NCBI GenBank assembly: GCA_044344255.1
Contig: JBIJDH010000003.1
Span: 192,001-256,000 of the forward strand
Length of the DNA stretch: 64,000 nt
Direction of reading: 5' to 3'
Source of the DNA: Myxococcota bacterium
Lineage (GTDB): Bacteria; Myxococcota_A; UBA796; UBA2385
Below the pieces are notes generated by a model. The model saw nothing but the letters and a program-made list of their open reading frames with translations, was not told the DNA's origin and did not search any database. Shown in pieces: positions 52,503 through 61,207 of the stretch (the first letter of the stretch is position 1; the number at the start of each line of letters is the position of its first letter). The translations under genes were made by a program, and so were the position numbers.

Positions 52503-52542
52503 GCGGCCCCACCCACCCGGGTGGGGTCGCTTTCCCATTTTT
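52503..52542 (+). terminator. Intrinsic terminator-like hairpin inside the CIS operon
   Basis: GCGGCCCCACCC-ACCC-GGGTGGGGTCGC followed by TTTCCCATTTTT. Confidence 0.7.
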
Positions 52543-52570
52543 GAGAGCTACCTTTTCCCCATGGGTCCCC

Positions 52571-53770
52571 ATGCGACCGGGAATCATCGTACAGCACGCG
52601 CGCCTGCCGGATCGTAAGAGCGAGCTGGTTCGAGGCGACGTGGCGGGGATCATCGGGTTCATCCCTCGTCGTCGCTGGCCTGAGGGTGCCACCGCGGGGG
52701 ACTTCATCGAGCTCGTGCTCCGCCGGGAGGCGGATCTCTGGGCGCACCCCGATCGCGAGCTCTTCGACGCCGCTGCCCGACGTGCTGTGCGCTCCTTCTT
52801 CACGAACGGCGGCGACACTGTGCACCTCTTCGGAGTCTGCCTCGCCACCGACGATGATCTGCGCAGCCCCTCGGGCGTCCTCGGGGTGCTCGCGCCGCTC
52901 TACGATCGTCTGCGCTCAGAGGACGAGATCGGCCTCCTGCTCGTCCCAGCGGCGGCCTACATGCGCTGTGAGGTCCTCCGCGACGGCTCGGTGCGCTGCG
53001 ACGCGGAGGCCCTCTACGATGAGCTCCTGGCGCACTGCCGCGAGATGAACAACCGCTTCCTCATCATGGACGCCCCCCGCGGCCTGCATGGAGAGGCTCT
53101 GCTTCGGTGGGTCCGGCACTTTCGAAGTCGCGAGCCCGCCAGCCGCAGCTATGGGGCGATCTATTACCCTTGGCTCTGCCAGGGCGACGAGGTCTTCCCT
53201 CCCGGCGGGGTGATTGCGGGCTCCTTCGCCGCCGGCGAGCTGGAGCGGCGCCCCTTCGGCGTGGGTTGGCCACCAGCGAATCAGCCGCTACGCGGAGCGA
53301 CGCACCCGGAGATCGACCTCGACTGGGAGGAGGCCGGCGCCCTGGCCGAAGAGGCCATCAACCCGATCGTCGTCCAGCCCGGCCGAGGCCTCCTGGCCTT
53401 CGGCGCGCGCACGCTCTCCACGGATCCGACGTGGAGATATGTAAATTCTCGGCGAATCATCAATATGATCACCGAGCAGCTCCGGCGGGACAGCGAGTGG
53501 GCCGTCTTCGAGACCAACAACCCACATCTTTGGGATGTCCTGGAGCGGGACGTCTTGTTTCGATTGGGTGAATTCGCGACCGCGGGGCTCCTCACCGGGC
53601 GTCGGGCCGGAGAGGATTACTCCGTGAAGTGCAACGCGGAGACCAACCTCTCCACACTTCGCGACGCCGGGCAGGTCAACGTGCAAATCCGCATGCGCCC
53701 GGTCGGAACGGTCGAGCATATCGTGGTAGACTTGCGCATCGGCGCAGAACAGGCCGCGGGAGGTGCGTGA
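52571..53770 (+). CDS. Contractile tail sheath protein 2 (divergent)
   Basis: RPGI, FFTNGG, YYPWL, PPGG, PPAN, FGARTL, YVNSRR, VFETN. Confidence 0.88.
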   Translation: MRPGIIVQHARLPDRKSELVRGDVAGIIGFIPRRRWPEGATAGDFIELVLRREADLWAHPDRELFDAAARRAVRSFFTNGGDTVHLFGVCLATDDDLRSPSGVLGVLAPLYDRLRSEDEIGLLLVPAAAYMRCEVLRDGSVRCDAEALYDELLAHCREMNNRFLIMDAPRGLHGEALLRWVRHFRSREPASRSYGAIYYPWLCQGDEVFPPGGVIAGSFAAGELERRPFGVGWPPANQPLRGATHPEIDLDWEEAGALAEEAINPIVVQPGRGLLAFGARTLSTDPTWRYVNSRRIINMITEQLRRDSEWAVFETNNPHLWDVLERDVLFRLGEFATAGLLTGRRAGEDYSVKCNAETNLSTLRDAGQVNVQIRMRPVGTVEHIVVDLRIGAEQAAGGA

Positions 53771-54462
53771 TGGCAGAGTGGCGTGGACGGGGCAAGGGTC
53801 GTGTGCCAGGCCAGCCCAGCGTGCCGGCCGAGGGCGGCGCGGGTGCTGGGGGTGGCCGTGAAGGCTCGCAGCCGACGGTCGCTTCCTCGGGCTCCTGGAC
53901 GGGGCGAGGCAAGGGTCGGGAGGCCGCGCAGCCCTCGATGGGTGACGGCGGTATCTCTGCTGCCCCTGACAAGCGAAGCTGGAAGATGAAGGGCAGCGCG
54001 CCGAGCGCCACCTCTCGCAGCGCCACCTCCTCCATCGCCGATCCGGAGGGCAACTTTGTCTTCGCCCTTGAGCTGAACGGCTCAGAGGTGGCCCATTTCC
54101 TCGAGTGTTCCGGGCTGAAGACCACCACCGAGGTCTTCGAGCTGCAGGAGGGGGGCATGAACTACGCCGTCCACAAGCTTCCGGGGCAGTCGAAGTGGGA
54201 GAACATCCAGCTTCGGTACGGCGTGAGCCAGAGCACCACGCTCCTCGGGTGGCGGGACCAGATCCTGCAGGACTCCTTCACCGCCGGCAGCCGCTTGAAT
54301 GGCGCGATCGTGGTGAAGAACAACCAGATGCAGGTGGTCCGGCGCTATAATTTCGTGGATGCTTGGCCGGTTTCCTGGGAGGGTCCATCCTTCCAGGCCA
54401 GCGGCGCCGAGCTCGCGATCGAGAGCGTCGAGCTGGCCCACCACGGCATCTATGTGAGCTAA
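53770..54462 (+). CDS. Second tail tube protein (Afp5-like) with N-terminal low-complexity extension
   Basis: DPEGNFVF, FLECSGL, EGG.N...KLPG..KW.NI.LRYG, AWPVSWEGP, AIESVELAH. Confidence 0.88.
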   Translation: MAEWRGRGKGRVPGQPSVPAEGGAGAGGGREGSQPTVASSGSWTGRGKGREAAQPSMGDGGISAAPDKRSWKMKGSAPSATSRSATSSIADPEGNFVFALELNGSEVAHFLECSGLKTTTEVFELQEGGMNYAVHKLPGQSKWENIQLRYGVSQSTTLLGWRDQILQDSFTAGSRLNGAIVVKNNQMQVVRRYNFVDAWPVSWEGPSFQASGAELAIESVELAHHGIYVS

Positions 54463-54495
54463 AGTCGGGGCGCCGAAGAACTCCGGGAGTGTGTC

Positions 54496-57400
54496 ATGGA
54501 AGGGACAGAGCGAAAGGTTCCCGGTGAAGACATCGCCAGTCGGCTGTCCAGCCGTTGGCAGCGTCGCCCCCGCATGGGGATGGCTCCGGCCTTCTATGCC
54601 CGCTTCGGACTTGAAGATCCCTGGCTGGCGACCGGTCCGGTCGGGGGCGAAGGTCGTGACCTTGACCTCGTCTTCCTCTCCGCCGCGCCCTATTACCAGC
54701 ACATGATGCGGCTCGCCGCGGCGCGTCGTCGGCGTGAGCTGCGGATGTCACGGTTCCTGGCAGCCCACGGCGACCATGCGGTCACCGCCACTCGCCGAGC
54801 TTGGCCCGCGGCGGTCTCTACCGTCGTCGGCGGAGCCGTCTCGATGATGTCGGCCGCCGACATGGTCCTGCCCCCGGCGCCGATCGCCCCGGCGCTGGCG
54901 GAGGAGGCCGTCGCGGCCCAGCCGGTGTCCCGCCCCCGCTGGCATCGGCGCAATCATCCCACCCGTGGCGTCGCCAGCCCCTGGCTCAGCCGAGAACATG
55001 CGCCAGCCGCGGTCTTCACGACACCGGATGGCCATCGCCTTCATTCCGAACCCTCGTGGGAGATGGAGCGCCAGAGACAGCCTGAGATCCAGACGGTCGA
55101 TACCAAGGCAGCCCGGTCTCCCGCGAGCCGACCGCTCGATCGGCTGAACGCGGTCGCGCATGCACCCGCGCAGCGCTCGGAGCCGAAGGTGAAGGCCGCG
55201 GTCGAGGCCCTGAGCAGCCTCGGCGGCGGACGGCGGATCGAAGAGGCCTTGCGAATCGTCGAGCGCGCGGGTGTGGTCGAGCTGCGCGAGGTTGTCCGGG
55301 TCATCACTCGCCACATCGGCGTGGCCTCGCGCCTCGTCGAGGTCGAGCTGGAGAGCGTGCTCCCCGACGCGGGGCTCCGTCCGAGCGCGATCGCACGAGG
55401 TCGGACCGCCAGCGTCGATGCGGGCCCTCGCGGGCTGCGTCCCGCGCTCCGGAGTTCACCGCTCTACGCGCCCGCCATGACCGCTGTGGTCCCTCCCACC
55501 GAGGCTCCGGTGGAGGTCGCGGAGGCCGTAGAGACTTCCTCGTCGCAGCGTCGCAGTGCCGCCGCTCGCGCGGCCTCTATGGGCCAGCGTGCTCGCGCCG
55601 AGCGTCACGCCGCTGGGCCGGCTGTCCCCACACGTCGGCCGCGATCTTCGGCCGCGGCCGCCTTTACCCGGGGCGCGCGTCCATCTTCCTCGCATCTCAG
55701 CGCCTCCCCGGTGCGCCGTTCCCGCAGCGCGTCTGGCCCGCAGCTCAGCGCTTCGCCCGTGATCTCCAGCGGTGCGACGACCCCTCGGGCCGCCGTTCAG
55801 GCCCGCGCTGATGACTCCGGCGGAGATGGCGAACGCCGCCCGTCGGTCAACGGAGACCGACGGGCAAAATCGGGGAACGAGACGGAGGAACCGACTACGG
55901 CGGCGCGCTCTCTCCGTGACGCGGCCCGTGCACTCCCGTCCATCTTTGACGTAGAGTCCTTCGGCGACACCTCGCCGGCTGTTGGACGAGCCGGGGCATC
56001 TGCCGCGAGCGCCCGCCCTTCCGGTCCGTCGGAGGTCCAGCACAGTGGTTCGGGCGCCCGCCTGACTAGCGGCGCGGTCCCCGAAGCGCGTGACCGGTTG
56101 AGCTGGGGGGACGCCGGTGAGCCCGTGGCCTTCCAGTCGGAGCGACGTCTGGGGATGTCCGCCCGCGCCGCCGCTCGCCTGGAACAAGCGGAGGGGGGCG
56201 TCTGGACGATCGATCGGGAGATTGAGCCGCAGGCCCCCTTTGTTCGCCGTTTGGAGCGGAGTCTGGCGACGGCCCCGGCGGGAGTCACTCGCGCCCGCCA
56301 CGGGGCGATCGTCCCCGAACAGTCTCTCTTGGTCCCGGCCGCTCCATTGGCCGAGGCGCAGGCGGGTGAAGTCTCGCCTTCTACCGTCGCTGTGGCCCGT
56401 CCCTCGGCCAGTCGGCCGCCCGGGAGCGAGCGCCGCAGCGCCGCGGCGCGCGCGCCCCGAAGCCCGGGTGCGGCCCACGCTGCCGATCGCGGCGCGTTGG
56501 GGGAAGCTATCGAAGGTTCGGTCCTCCCCCGGCTTCGCGCCGCCCCTTCGAAGAGCTCGGTGACCGCGCCGGTGAGCGAGCTGCGTGCATCTGAGCGCGC
56601 TTCGTCCCGCGCCGAGCTGGACGTCTCGGAGGAGCGCTCGATCGTCCCGCGGGTCGCCTCTCGGCCGACGCGTAAGGTCGCTCCGGCGGTGGTGCTGGCC
56701 GAGGCCCTGGTGGCTGAAATCGGTGAAGGGGGCGTCACGGATGCCCAGTCCGCCCCGCGGCTTGACCGCCGCTCGGTATCGGCTGCCCGCGTCGCCGTCG
56801 GAACGTCGGGTCCTGCGGACGCGGCCCGTTCGGTCGGATCCGAGTCTTCGTTGCGTGACGGGCGGGGCTCGCCGGTCGAGCGGATCGCCGCGGCCCTGCC
56901 GGAGGTCCGGGGTGTGGAGCGCTTGGTGAGCGGTGAGCCCCCAGCGGCCGCCGCCCGTCCGACAGGCATCGCAGGGGTCGAGGCCCGCTCCCGAGGCTTG
57001 GCCTCCATCCTCGATGTCTCCGAGCACGATCGTGTGCAAGATCGATTCGAGAGGCAGGAGGTCGCGGTCGAGCGAGACCGGTCCGCCGCTGCCCGGATCG
57101 GCGCTCACACCGTCGGCGCGCGGGCGGCGATCACGGCGCCCGCCGCGGTGCCCCTCAGCCCGCCGGCGGCCGCGGCGCCACCGGCAGAGGCTGCGCCCTC
57201 GGCGACGCCCGCCTCTCGTCGTCCCGCACATCGGTCCGGAGCGGCTGTTGGTCGGCGACGGTCGGCCGTTCGGGAGGCGCGGGCTCGCCTCTCGCTAGGT
57301 GTGGAGCCTCAGCTCCGCTCCGTCGTGCCCCACCCCACAGCGGCTCGCGCGTCAGCCCCGGTGGGCGCTCGCCTCGCCGTGGGCAGCCCTCTTGTCGCAT

Positions 57401-59025
57401 CCCGTTCGGCCGCGTCGCCTCCGGCCATGATGGCGCCGGCGACCCCCGCGCGGGCGAGCCGTGGTGCTCGGTCCTTGCGGCTCCCGGCCGCCCTCCTCGC
57501 CGGTGCGCGTGGCTCGACCGCCCCCATCGTGAGCTGGCTCGCCCGCAACACCGCCGAGCCGGTCACCGCCGAGGTCCGAGACGCGATCGTCGAGATGGTC
57601 AGCCGTCGCGGTCGACCGGGGCCCGCCTCTTACGCTCGCCTGGTCGGAGGGACGCGGGTGGAGACCATCTTCGCCGGTCCCGACGCGACGCCCGCCGAGG
57701 TGCTACCCGCGTCGGCGGCGCCGGTGAAGCCGATCATTCGTGTCCGTCCCGCACGCGTTCCGCCGAAGCGGGCCGCCCGTCGTCCTCGGGTCACTGCCGC
57801 GCCCGGCCGGCCGCTGGAGTGGGCGGGCATCCGCAGCTTGCAAGGCTTGGTCGAGTCCGGGAGCCTCAGCTCGATCCGTCTCCCCGGCGGGAGCACTATC
57901 GAGCTCATCCGCCCAGACGCCGACGCCGCCGATACAGACTCCGCTGCCCTGGCCGCCCGCGGCGTCCGCACCAGTCGGCGCCGAGCGCCAGAGGGTGTCA
58001 ACCTCCGCGCCGAGGCTACAGGCTCGGCAACCGCGACCACCTCTTCCGAGCTCGAAGGAGCCGGGGAAGAGGTCGGCGCTCCGCTCGGCAGCCGTGTGGG
58101 CCGGCGCCGCCGAGCCGCCCGCCGCGCCGCTTCCCGCCATGTGTCTCGGAGCGCGGACGGGCGCTACGTTCCCGCGGCCGGGGTCCAGGCCCGTCGAACG
58201 GTGGCCACTGCTTCGGAGCTCATCCTCCCGTCTGCGGGTTTGGATGTCGGCGTCGACCCCGCCGCCCGTACCGCCGAGACTGCGCGTTGGGCCGGCGCGG
58301 GTGCGGGAGGTGCTGAGCTTGGCCGCACCCTCAACGCCGTCGAGCGGGGCGAGGTCGAGCAGGATCTCCCGAGCTGGGCGCAACGAGCCTCCGGTGAGCC
58401 GCTGGTCCGTGGCACGGGCGGTGACATCGTGGCCGCGCTGGCCCGTGCGAGCGATCCGGAGGAGGTCGTTCGGGTCATCATCGAGCGCGGAAGCGCCCTC
58501 GGCGCCTTGGCCTCCACGCTCCCCCGGCCGCTCCTCCAGGTCATCGAGCAGATCCGCTCCGAGTCCCAGGCCGAACGCCTGAGCGAGGCAGAGGGTGTGG
58601 AAGGTGGCTCCGTCGCGGGCTCCACGCTCCGGCCTTCCTCCCCGCGCGCGGCCTCCTCGCGCGGGCCGGCCCGATCGAGCGCGCGGGTCATGCGCGGCTT
58701 CACGAACTTGAGCGTCGGCGCCCGCCCGGTGGAGGGCGTGGGCCAGAACAAGATCACCAAGCTCGCCGCGAAGCTGCAGCAGCTCATCTTGCTCGCCGAG
58801 AACCAGCAGCGAGACACGGCGCGCCGTCAGGTCCGAATGGCCGAGGACAACAGCCAGGCTCGCGCCGAGGGGCAGGGCGCCGTCAGCGGCCCCGGCAACA
58901 CCAACAATCGACAGGTGGACCTCGAGGCGCTGGCGCACGAGGTGACCGAGACCGTGTTGAGAGAGATCGAACTGCGCCGCGAGCGGCGCCCGGAGGACCC
59001 CGATGAGCGCAGCGTCTGGTGGTAG
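54496..59025 (+). CDS. 1509-aa Ala/Arg/Ser/Pro-rich CIS-associated protein
   Basis: Single long ORF filling the tube2-LysM gap; helical C-terminus VDLEALAHEV...ELRRERR. Confidence 0.7.
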   Translation: MEGTERKVPGEDIASRLSSRWQRRPRMGMAPAFYARFGLEDPWLATGPVGGEGRDLDLVFLSAAPYYQHMMRLAAARRRRELRMSRFLAAHGDHAVTATRRAWPAAVSTVVGGAVSMMSAADMVLPPAPIAPALAEEAVAAQPVSRPRWHRRNHPTRGVASPWLSREHAPAAVFTTPDGHRLHSEPSWEMERQRQPEIQTVDTKAARSPASRPLDRLNAVAHAPAQRSEPKVKAAVEALSSLGGGRRIEEALRIVERAGVVELREVVRVITRHIGVASRLVEVELESVLPDAGLRPSAIARGRTASVDAGPRGLRPALRSSPLYAPAMTAVVPPTEAPVEVAEAVETSSSQRRSAAARAASMGQRARAERHAAGPAVPTRRPRSSAAAAFTRGARPSSSHLSASPVRRSRSASGPQLSASPVISSGATTPRAAVQARADDSGGDGERRPSVNGDRRAKSGNETEEPTTAARSLRDAARALPSIFDVESFGDTSPAVGRAGASAASARPSGPSEVQHSGSGARLTSGAVPEARDRLSWGDAGEPVAFQSERRLGMSARAAARLEQAEGGVWTIDREIEPQAPFVRRLERSLATAPAGVTRARHGAIVPEQSLLVPAAPLAEAQAGEVSPSTVAVARPSASRPPGSERRSAAARAPRSPGAAHAADRGALGEAIEGSVLPRLRAAPSKSSVTAPVSELRASERASSRAELDVSEERSIVPRVASRPTRKVAPAVVLAEALVAEIGEGGVTDAQSAPRLDRRSVSAARVAVGTSGPADAARSVGSESSLRDGRGSPVERIAAALPEVRGVERLVSGEPPAAAARPTGIAGVEARSRGLASILDVSEHDRVQDRFERQEVAVERDRSAAARIGAHTVGARAAITAPAAVPLSPPAAAAPPAEAAPSATPASRRPAHRSGAAVGRRRSAVREARARLSLGVEPQLRSVVPHPTAARASAPVGARLAVGSPLVASRSAASPPAMMAPATPARASRGARSLRLPAALLAGARGSTAPIVSWLARNTAEPVTAEVRDAIVEMVSRRGRPGPASYARLVGGTRVETIFAGPDATPAEVLPASAAPVKPIIRVRPARVPPKRAARRPRVTAAPGRPLEWAGIRSLQGLVESGSLSSIRLPGGSTIELIRPDADAADTDSAALAARGVRTSRRRAPEGVNLRAEATGSATATTSSELEGAGEEVGAPLGSRVGRRRRAARRAASRHVSRSADGRYVPAAGVQARRTVATASELILPSAGLDVGVDPAARTAETARWAGAGAGGAELGRTLNAVERGEVEQDLPSWAQRASGEPLVRGTGGDIVAALARASDPEEVVRVIIERGSALGALASTLPRPLLQVIEQIRSESQAERLSEAEGVEGGSVAGSTLRPSSPRAASSRGPARSSARVMRGFTNLSVGARPVEGVGQNKITKLAAKLQQLILLAENQQRDTARRQVRMAEDNSQARAEGQGAVSGPGNTNNRQVDLEALAHEVTETVLREIELRRERRPEDPDERSVWW

Positions 59026-59665
59026 TCTCGCGAAGGCGATCTTCAAGAGCGAGGACGACGGCAAGACCTTGACCGTCCAGTACAACCCGACCAACTTCCA
59101 GTTCAGCAAGCCGCTGTCCTGGAAGGAGCATGACGATCAGGGAGAGGTCTCCTCTCTGGAGTTCCAAAAGAACTCGCCGGCCTCGATGTCTTGCGAGCTC
59201 CTGTTCGACACGACCTCGGATGGGTCGGATGTCCGCTCCACCTTCGTGAACAAGCTCCTCGAGTTCACGAACCCGGAGGTCCCGGCCTCTGGTGACGGCG
59301 AGGGCAGCTCCCTTGACAAGAAGCGGCCCCATAAGGTGCGGTTCACCTGGGGTTCCTTCAACCTCGTGGGTGTCTTTGAGTCGGTTGACGTCTCTTACAT
59401 CATGTTCTCGACCGACGGCAATCCGCTTCGGGCCAAGGTCGGGGTCAAGATGAAGGAGTGGACCTCCAAGGACCGCTACTCCGGCTCTCAGGGGAGCGCC
59501 GGGTACAGCATGAAGCGCGCCAAGCTCGTCACCGTGGGCGCGGGTGACACCGTCACCTCCATCGCCGCGGCGCAGGGCACCACCGCCCAGGCGATCTGCG
59601 ACGCCAACAACATCAGCGACCCCCTGAACATCCAGGTGGGCGTGACCTTGGCGGTCTTCTTCTAA
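59003..59665 (+). CDS. CIS tube initiator with C-terminal LysM-like domain (Afp7/Pvc7-like)
   Basis: VQYNPT, LLFDT, P.KVRFTWG, F..DGNPLRA, GDTVTSIA...I..AN.I.DP. Confidence 0.88.
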   Translation: MSAASGGSLAKAIFKSEDDGKTLTVQYNPTNFQFSKPLSWKEHDDQGEVSSLEFQKNSPASMSCELLFDTTSDGSDVRSTFVNKLLEFTNPEVPASGDGEGSSLDKKRPHKVRFTWGSFNLVGVFESVDVSYIMFSTDGNPLRAKVGVKMKEWTSKDRYSGSQGSAGYSMKRAKLVTVGAGDTVTSIAAAQGTTAQAICDANNISDPLNIQVGVTLAVFF

Positions 59666-59708
59666 GGCCGGGAACTGGCTGGAGCCGAGCAACGGCAGGA
59701 GGCATGGC

Positions 59709-60731
59709 ATGGCTCAGAGCACTGCGCCCGGGTACGAGGTCACCATTGGGGGGACGAAGTTCACCCAGGCCGACCCCCAGGGTCTTGAGATGTTGGTCTT
59801 CGAAGACCATGTCGACATGCTCGACATGTTGACGATCCGCGTCGGCGGCTCCGAGGAGCAGCCGAAGTGGAATTTCAACATCGGGGATGAGATCAAGGTC
59901 AAGCTCGGGTCTGGCACCCAGGTCTTCGAGGGTGAGCTCGTCTCGATGGAGCCGAGCTATCAGGTCGAGGGGGTCTCCAGCATCTCGCTCCGCGCGCTCG
60001 ACAAGATGCACCGCCTGGGGCGTGGTCGGAAGACACGCTTCTGGGAGAAGAAGAAGGACTCCGACGTCGTCTCCGAGGTTGGGGCCGAGTGCGGCGTCAG
60101 CGTCGACGCCGACGCCACCGAAGAGACGCAGCCGTACACGCTGCAGCGGAACGAGACGAACATCGCCTTCGTCAAGCGGCTGGCAGCCCGGAACAACTAC
60201 CTGGCCCGGATCGTGGACGGGAAGCTTGAGTTTAAGAAGGCGACCTTCCAGGGCAGCTCGGTCGCGGTGAAGATGGGTGAGGGGCTGCGCAGCATGCGCA
60301 TGTCGTTCAACAGCATGGACATGGTGCAGAAGGTCGTGGTCCGCGGCTGGGACATCACGAAGAAGGCCGAGATCGTGGGTCAGGCCACCACGGGTGACAT
60401 CACCGCGATCGGCGGCGGCACCAAGGGCGCCGACGTCGCCGGTAAGTTCGGCGACGCTACCGCCTACGTCACCGACGTGCCGGTCTCCTCGCAGGCCATG
60501 GCCAACCAGGTCGCCAAGGCAGAGCTTGAGCGCCTCGCGCGTCAGTTCTGCCACGGGAGCCTCTCGGTCACGGGCAACGACAAGATCCGCGCTGGGACGA
60601 TGGTCGAGCTCTCCGGGCTCTCGCAGAACGTGAACGGCAAGGTGTATGTGCTGGCCACGCGGCACCAGATCAGCAGCCGTACAGGTTACACGACCGAGGT
60701 CATGTTCTGCAGCAACACGCTGGGGACCTGA
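59709..60731 (+). CDS. Baseplate hub (phage late control D / gp27-like, VgrG N-terminal-like)
   Basis: FEGEL..MEP, RALDKMHRL.RGRKTR, QRNETNIAFVKRLAAR, VVVRGWD, GYTT. Confidence 0.88.
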   Translation: MAQSTAPGYEVTIGGTKFTQADPQGLEMLVFEDHVDMLDMLTIRVGGSEEQPKWNFNIGDEIKVKLGSGTQVFEGELVSMEPSYQVEGVSSISLRALDKMHRLGRGRKTRFWEKKKDSDVVSEVGAECGVSVDADATEETQPYTLQRNETNIAFVKRLAARNNYLARIVDGKLEFKKATFQGSSVAVKMGEGLRSMRMSFNSMDMVQKVVVRGWDITKKAEIVGQATTGDITAIGGGTKGADVAGKFGDATAYVTDVPVSSQAMANQVAKAELERLARQFCHGSLSVTGNDKIRAGTMVELSGLSQNVNGKVYVLATRHQISSRTGYTTEVMFCSNTLGT

Positions 60732-60742
60732 GCGGGAGAGGG

Positions 60743-61138
60743 ATGACAGTCCGCAAGGAATTCCTCGGTCGGGGCTTCTCGTTCCCCTTCCAGTTTGACC
60801 CCGCCATCGGCGGGGTCGCGCTGTCGGAGTATGAAGAGAACATCCGGCAGAACATCACGATCATCATCGGCACCCGCCCCGGGGAGCGCCAGATGCTGCC
60901 CGCCTTTGGTTGCCGCATCCACGAGCTGCTCTTCGCGCCCGACACCCGTGCCACGTCTCTGGCGGCGGGTCGATATGTTGAAGACGCGATCCGCCGATGG
61001 GAGGGCCGCGTCGAGGTGGTGTCCGTTGAGGCGCGGATTGATGCGTCGGGAGCAATCCGCGTGGAGGTGGTGTACAAGATCACGTCGACCGGGGCGGTGG
61101 AGCGGCTCGAGCACCTCGTCTCCAACACGCCGCGCTGA
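60743..61138 (+). CDS. GPW/gp25-family baseplate protein (Afp9-like)
   Basis: FLGRGFSFP, IRQNI.IIIGTRPGER.M.P.FGC, IRRWEGRV. Confidence 0.92.
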   Translation: MTVRKEFLGRGFSFPFQFDPAIGGVALSEYEENIRQNITIIIGTRPGERQMLPAFGCRIHELLFAPDTRATSLAAGRYVEDAIRRWEGRVEVVSVEARIDASGAIRVEVVYKITSTGAVERLEHLVSNTPR

Positions 61139-61207
61139 GCCCTTCGCTCGGTCTCCGGCTGAGCAGCCTCCTCGTGCGGTAACTTCGACCTAGCGGATTC
61201 CCCTCCG

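Noticed and set aside
52396..52617. 73-aa ORF from the track after the chaperone
   Set aside because: Wrong frame, runs through the terminator and into sheath 2; the -1 frame is the protein-like one
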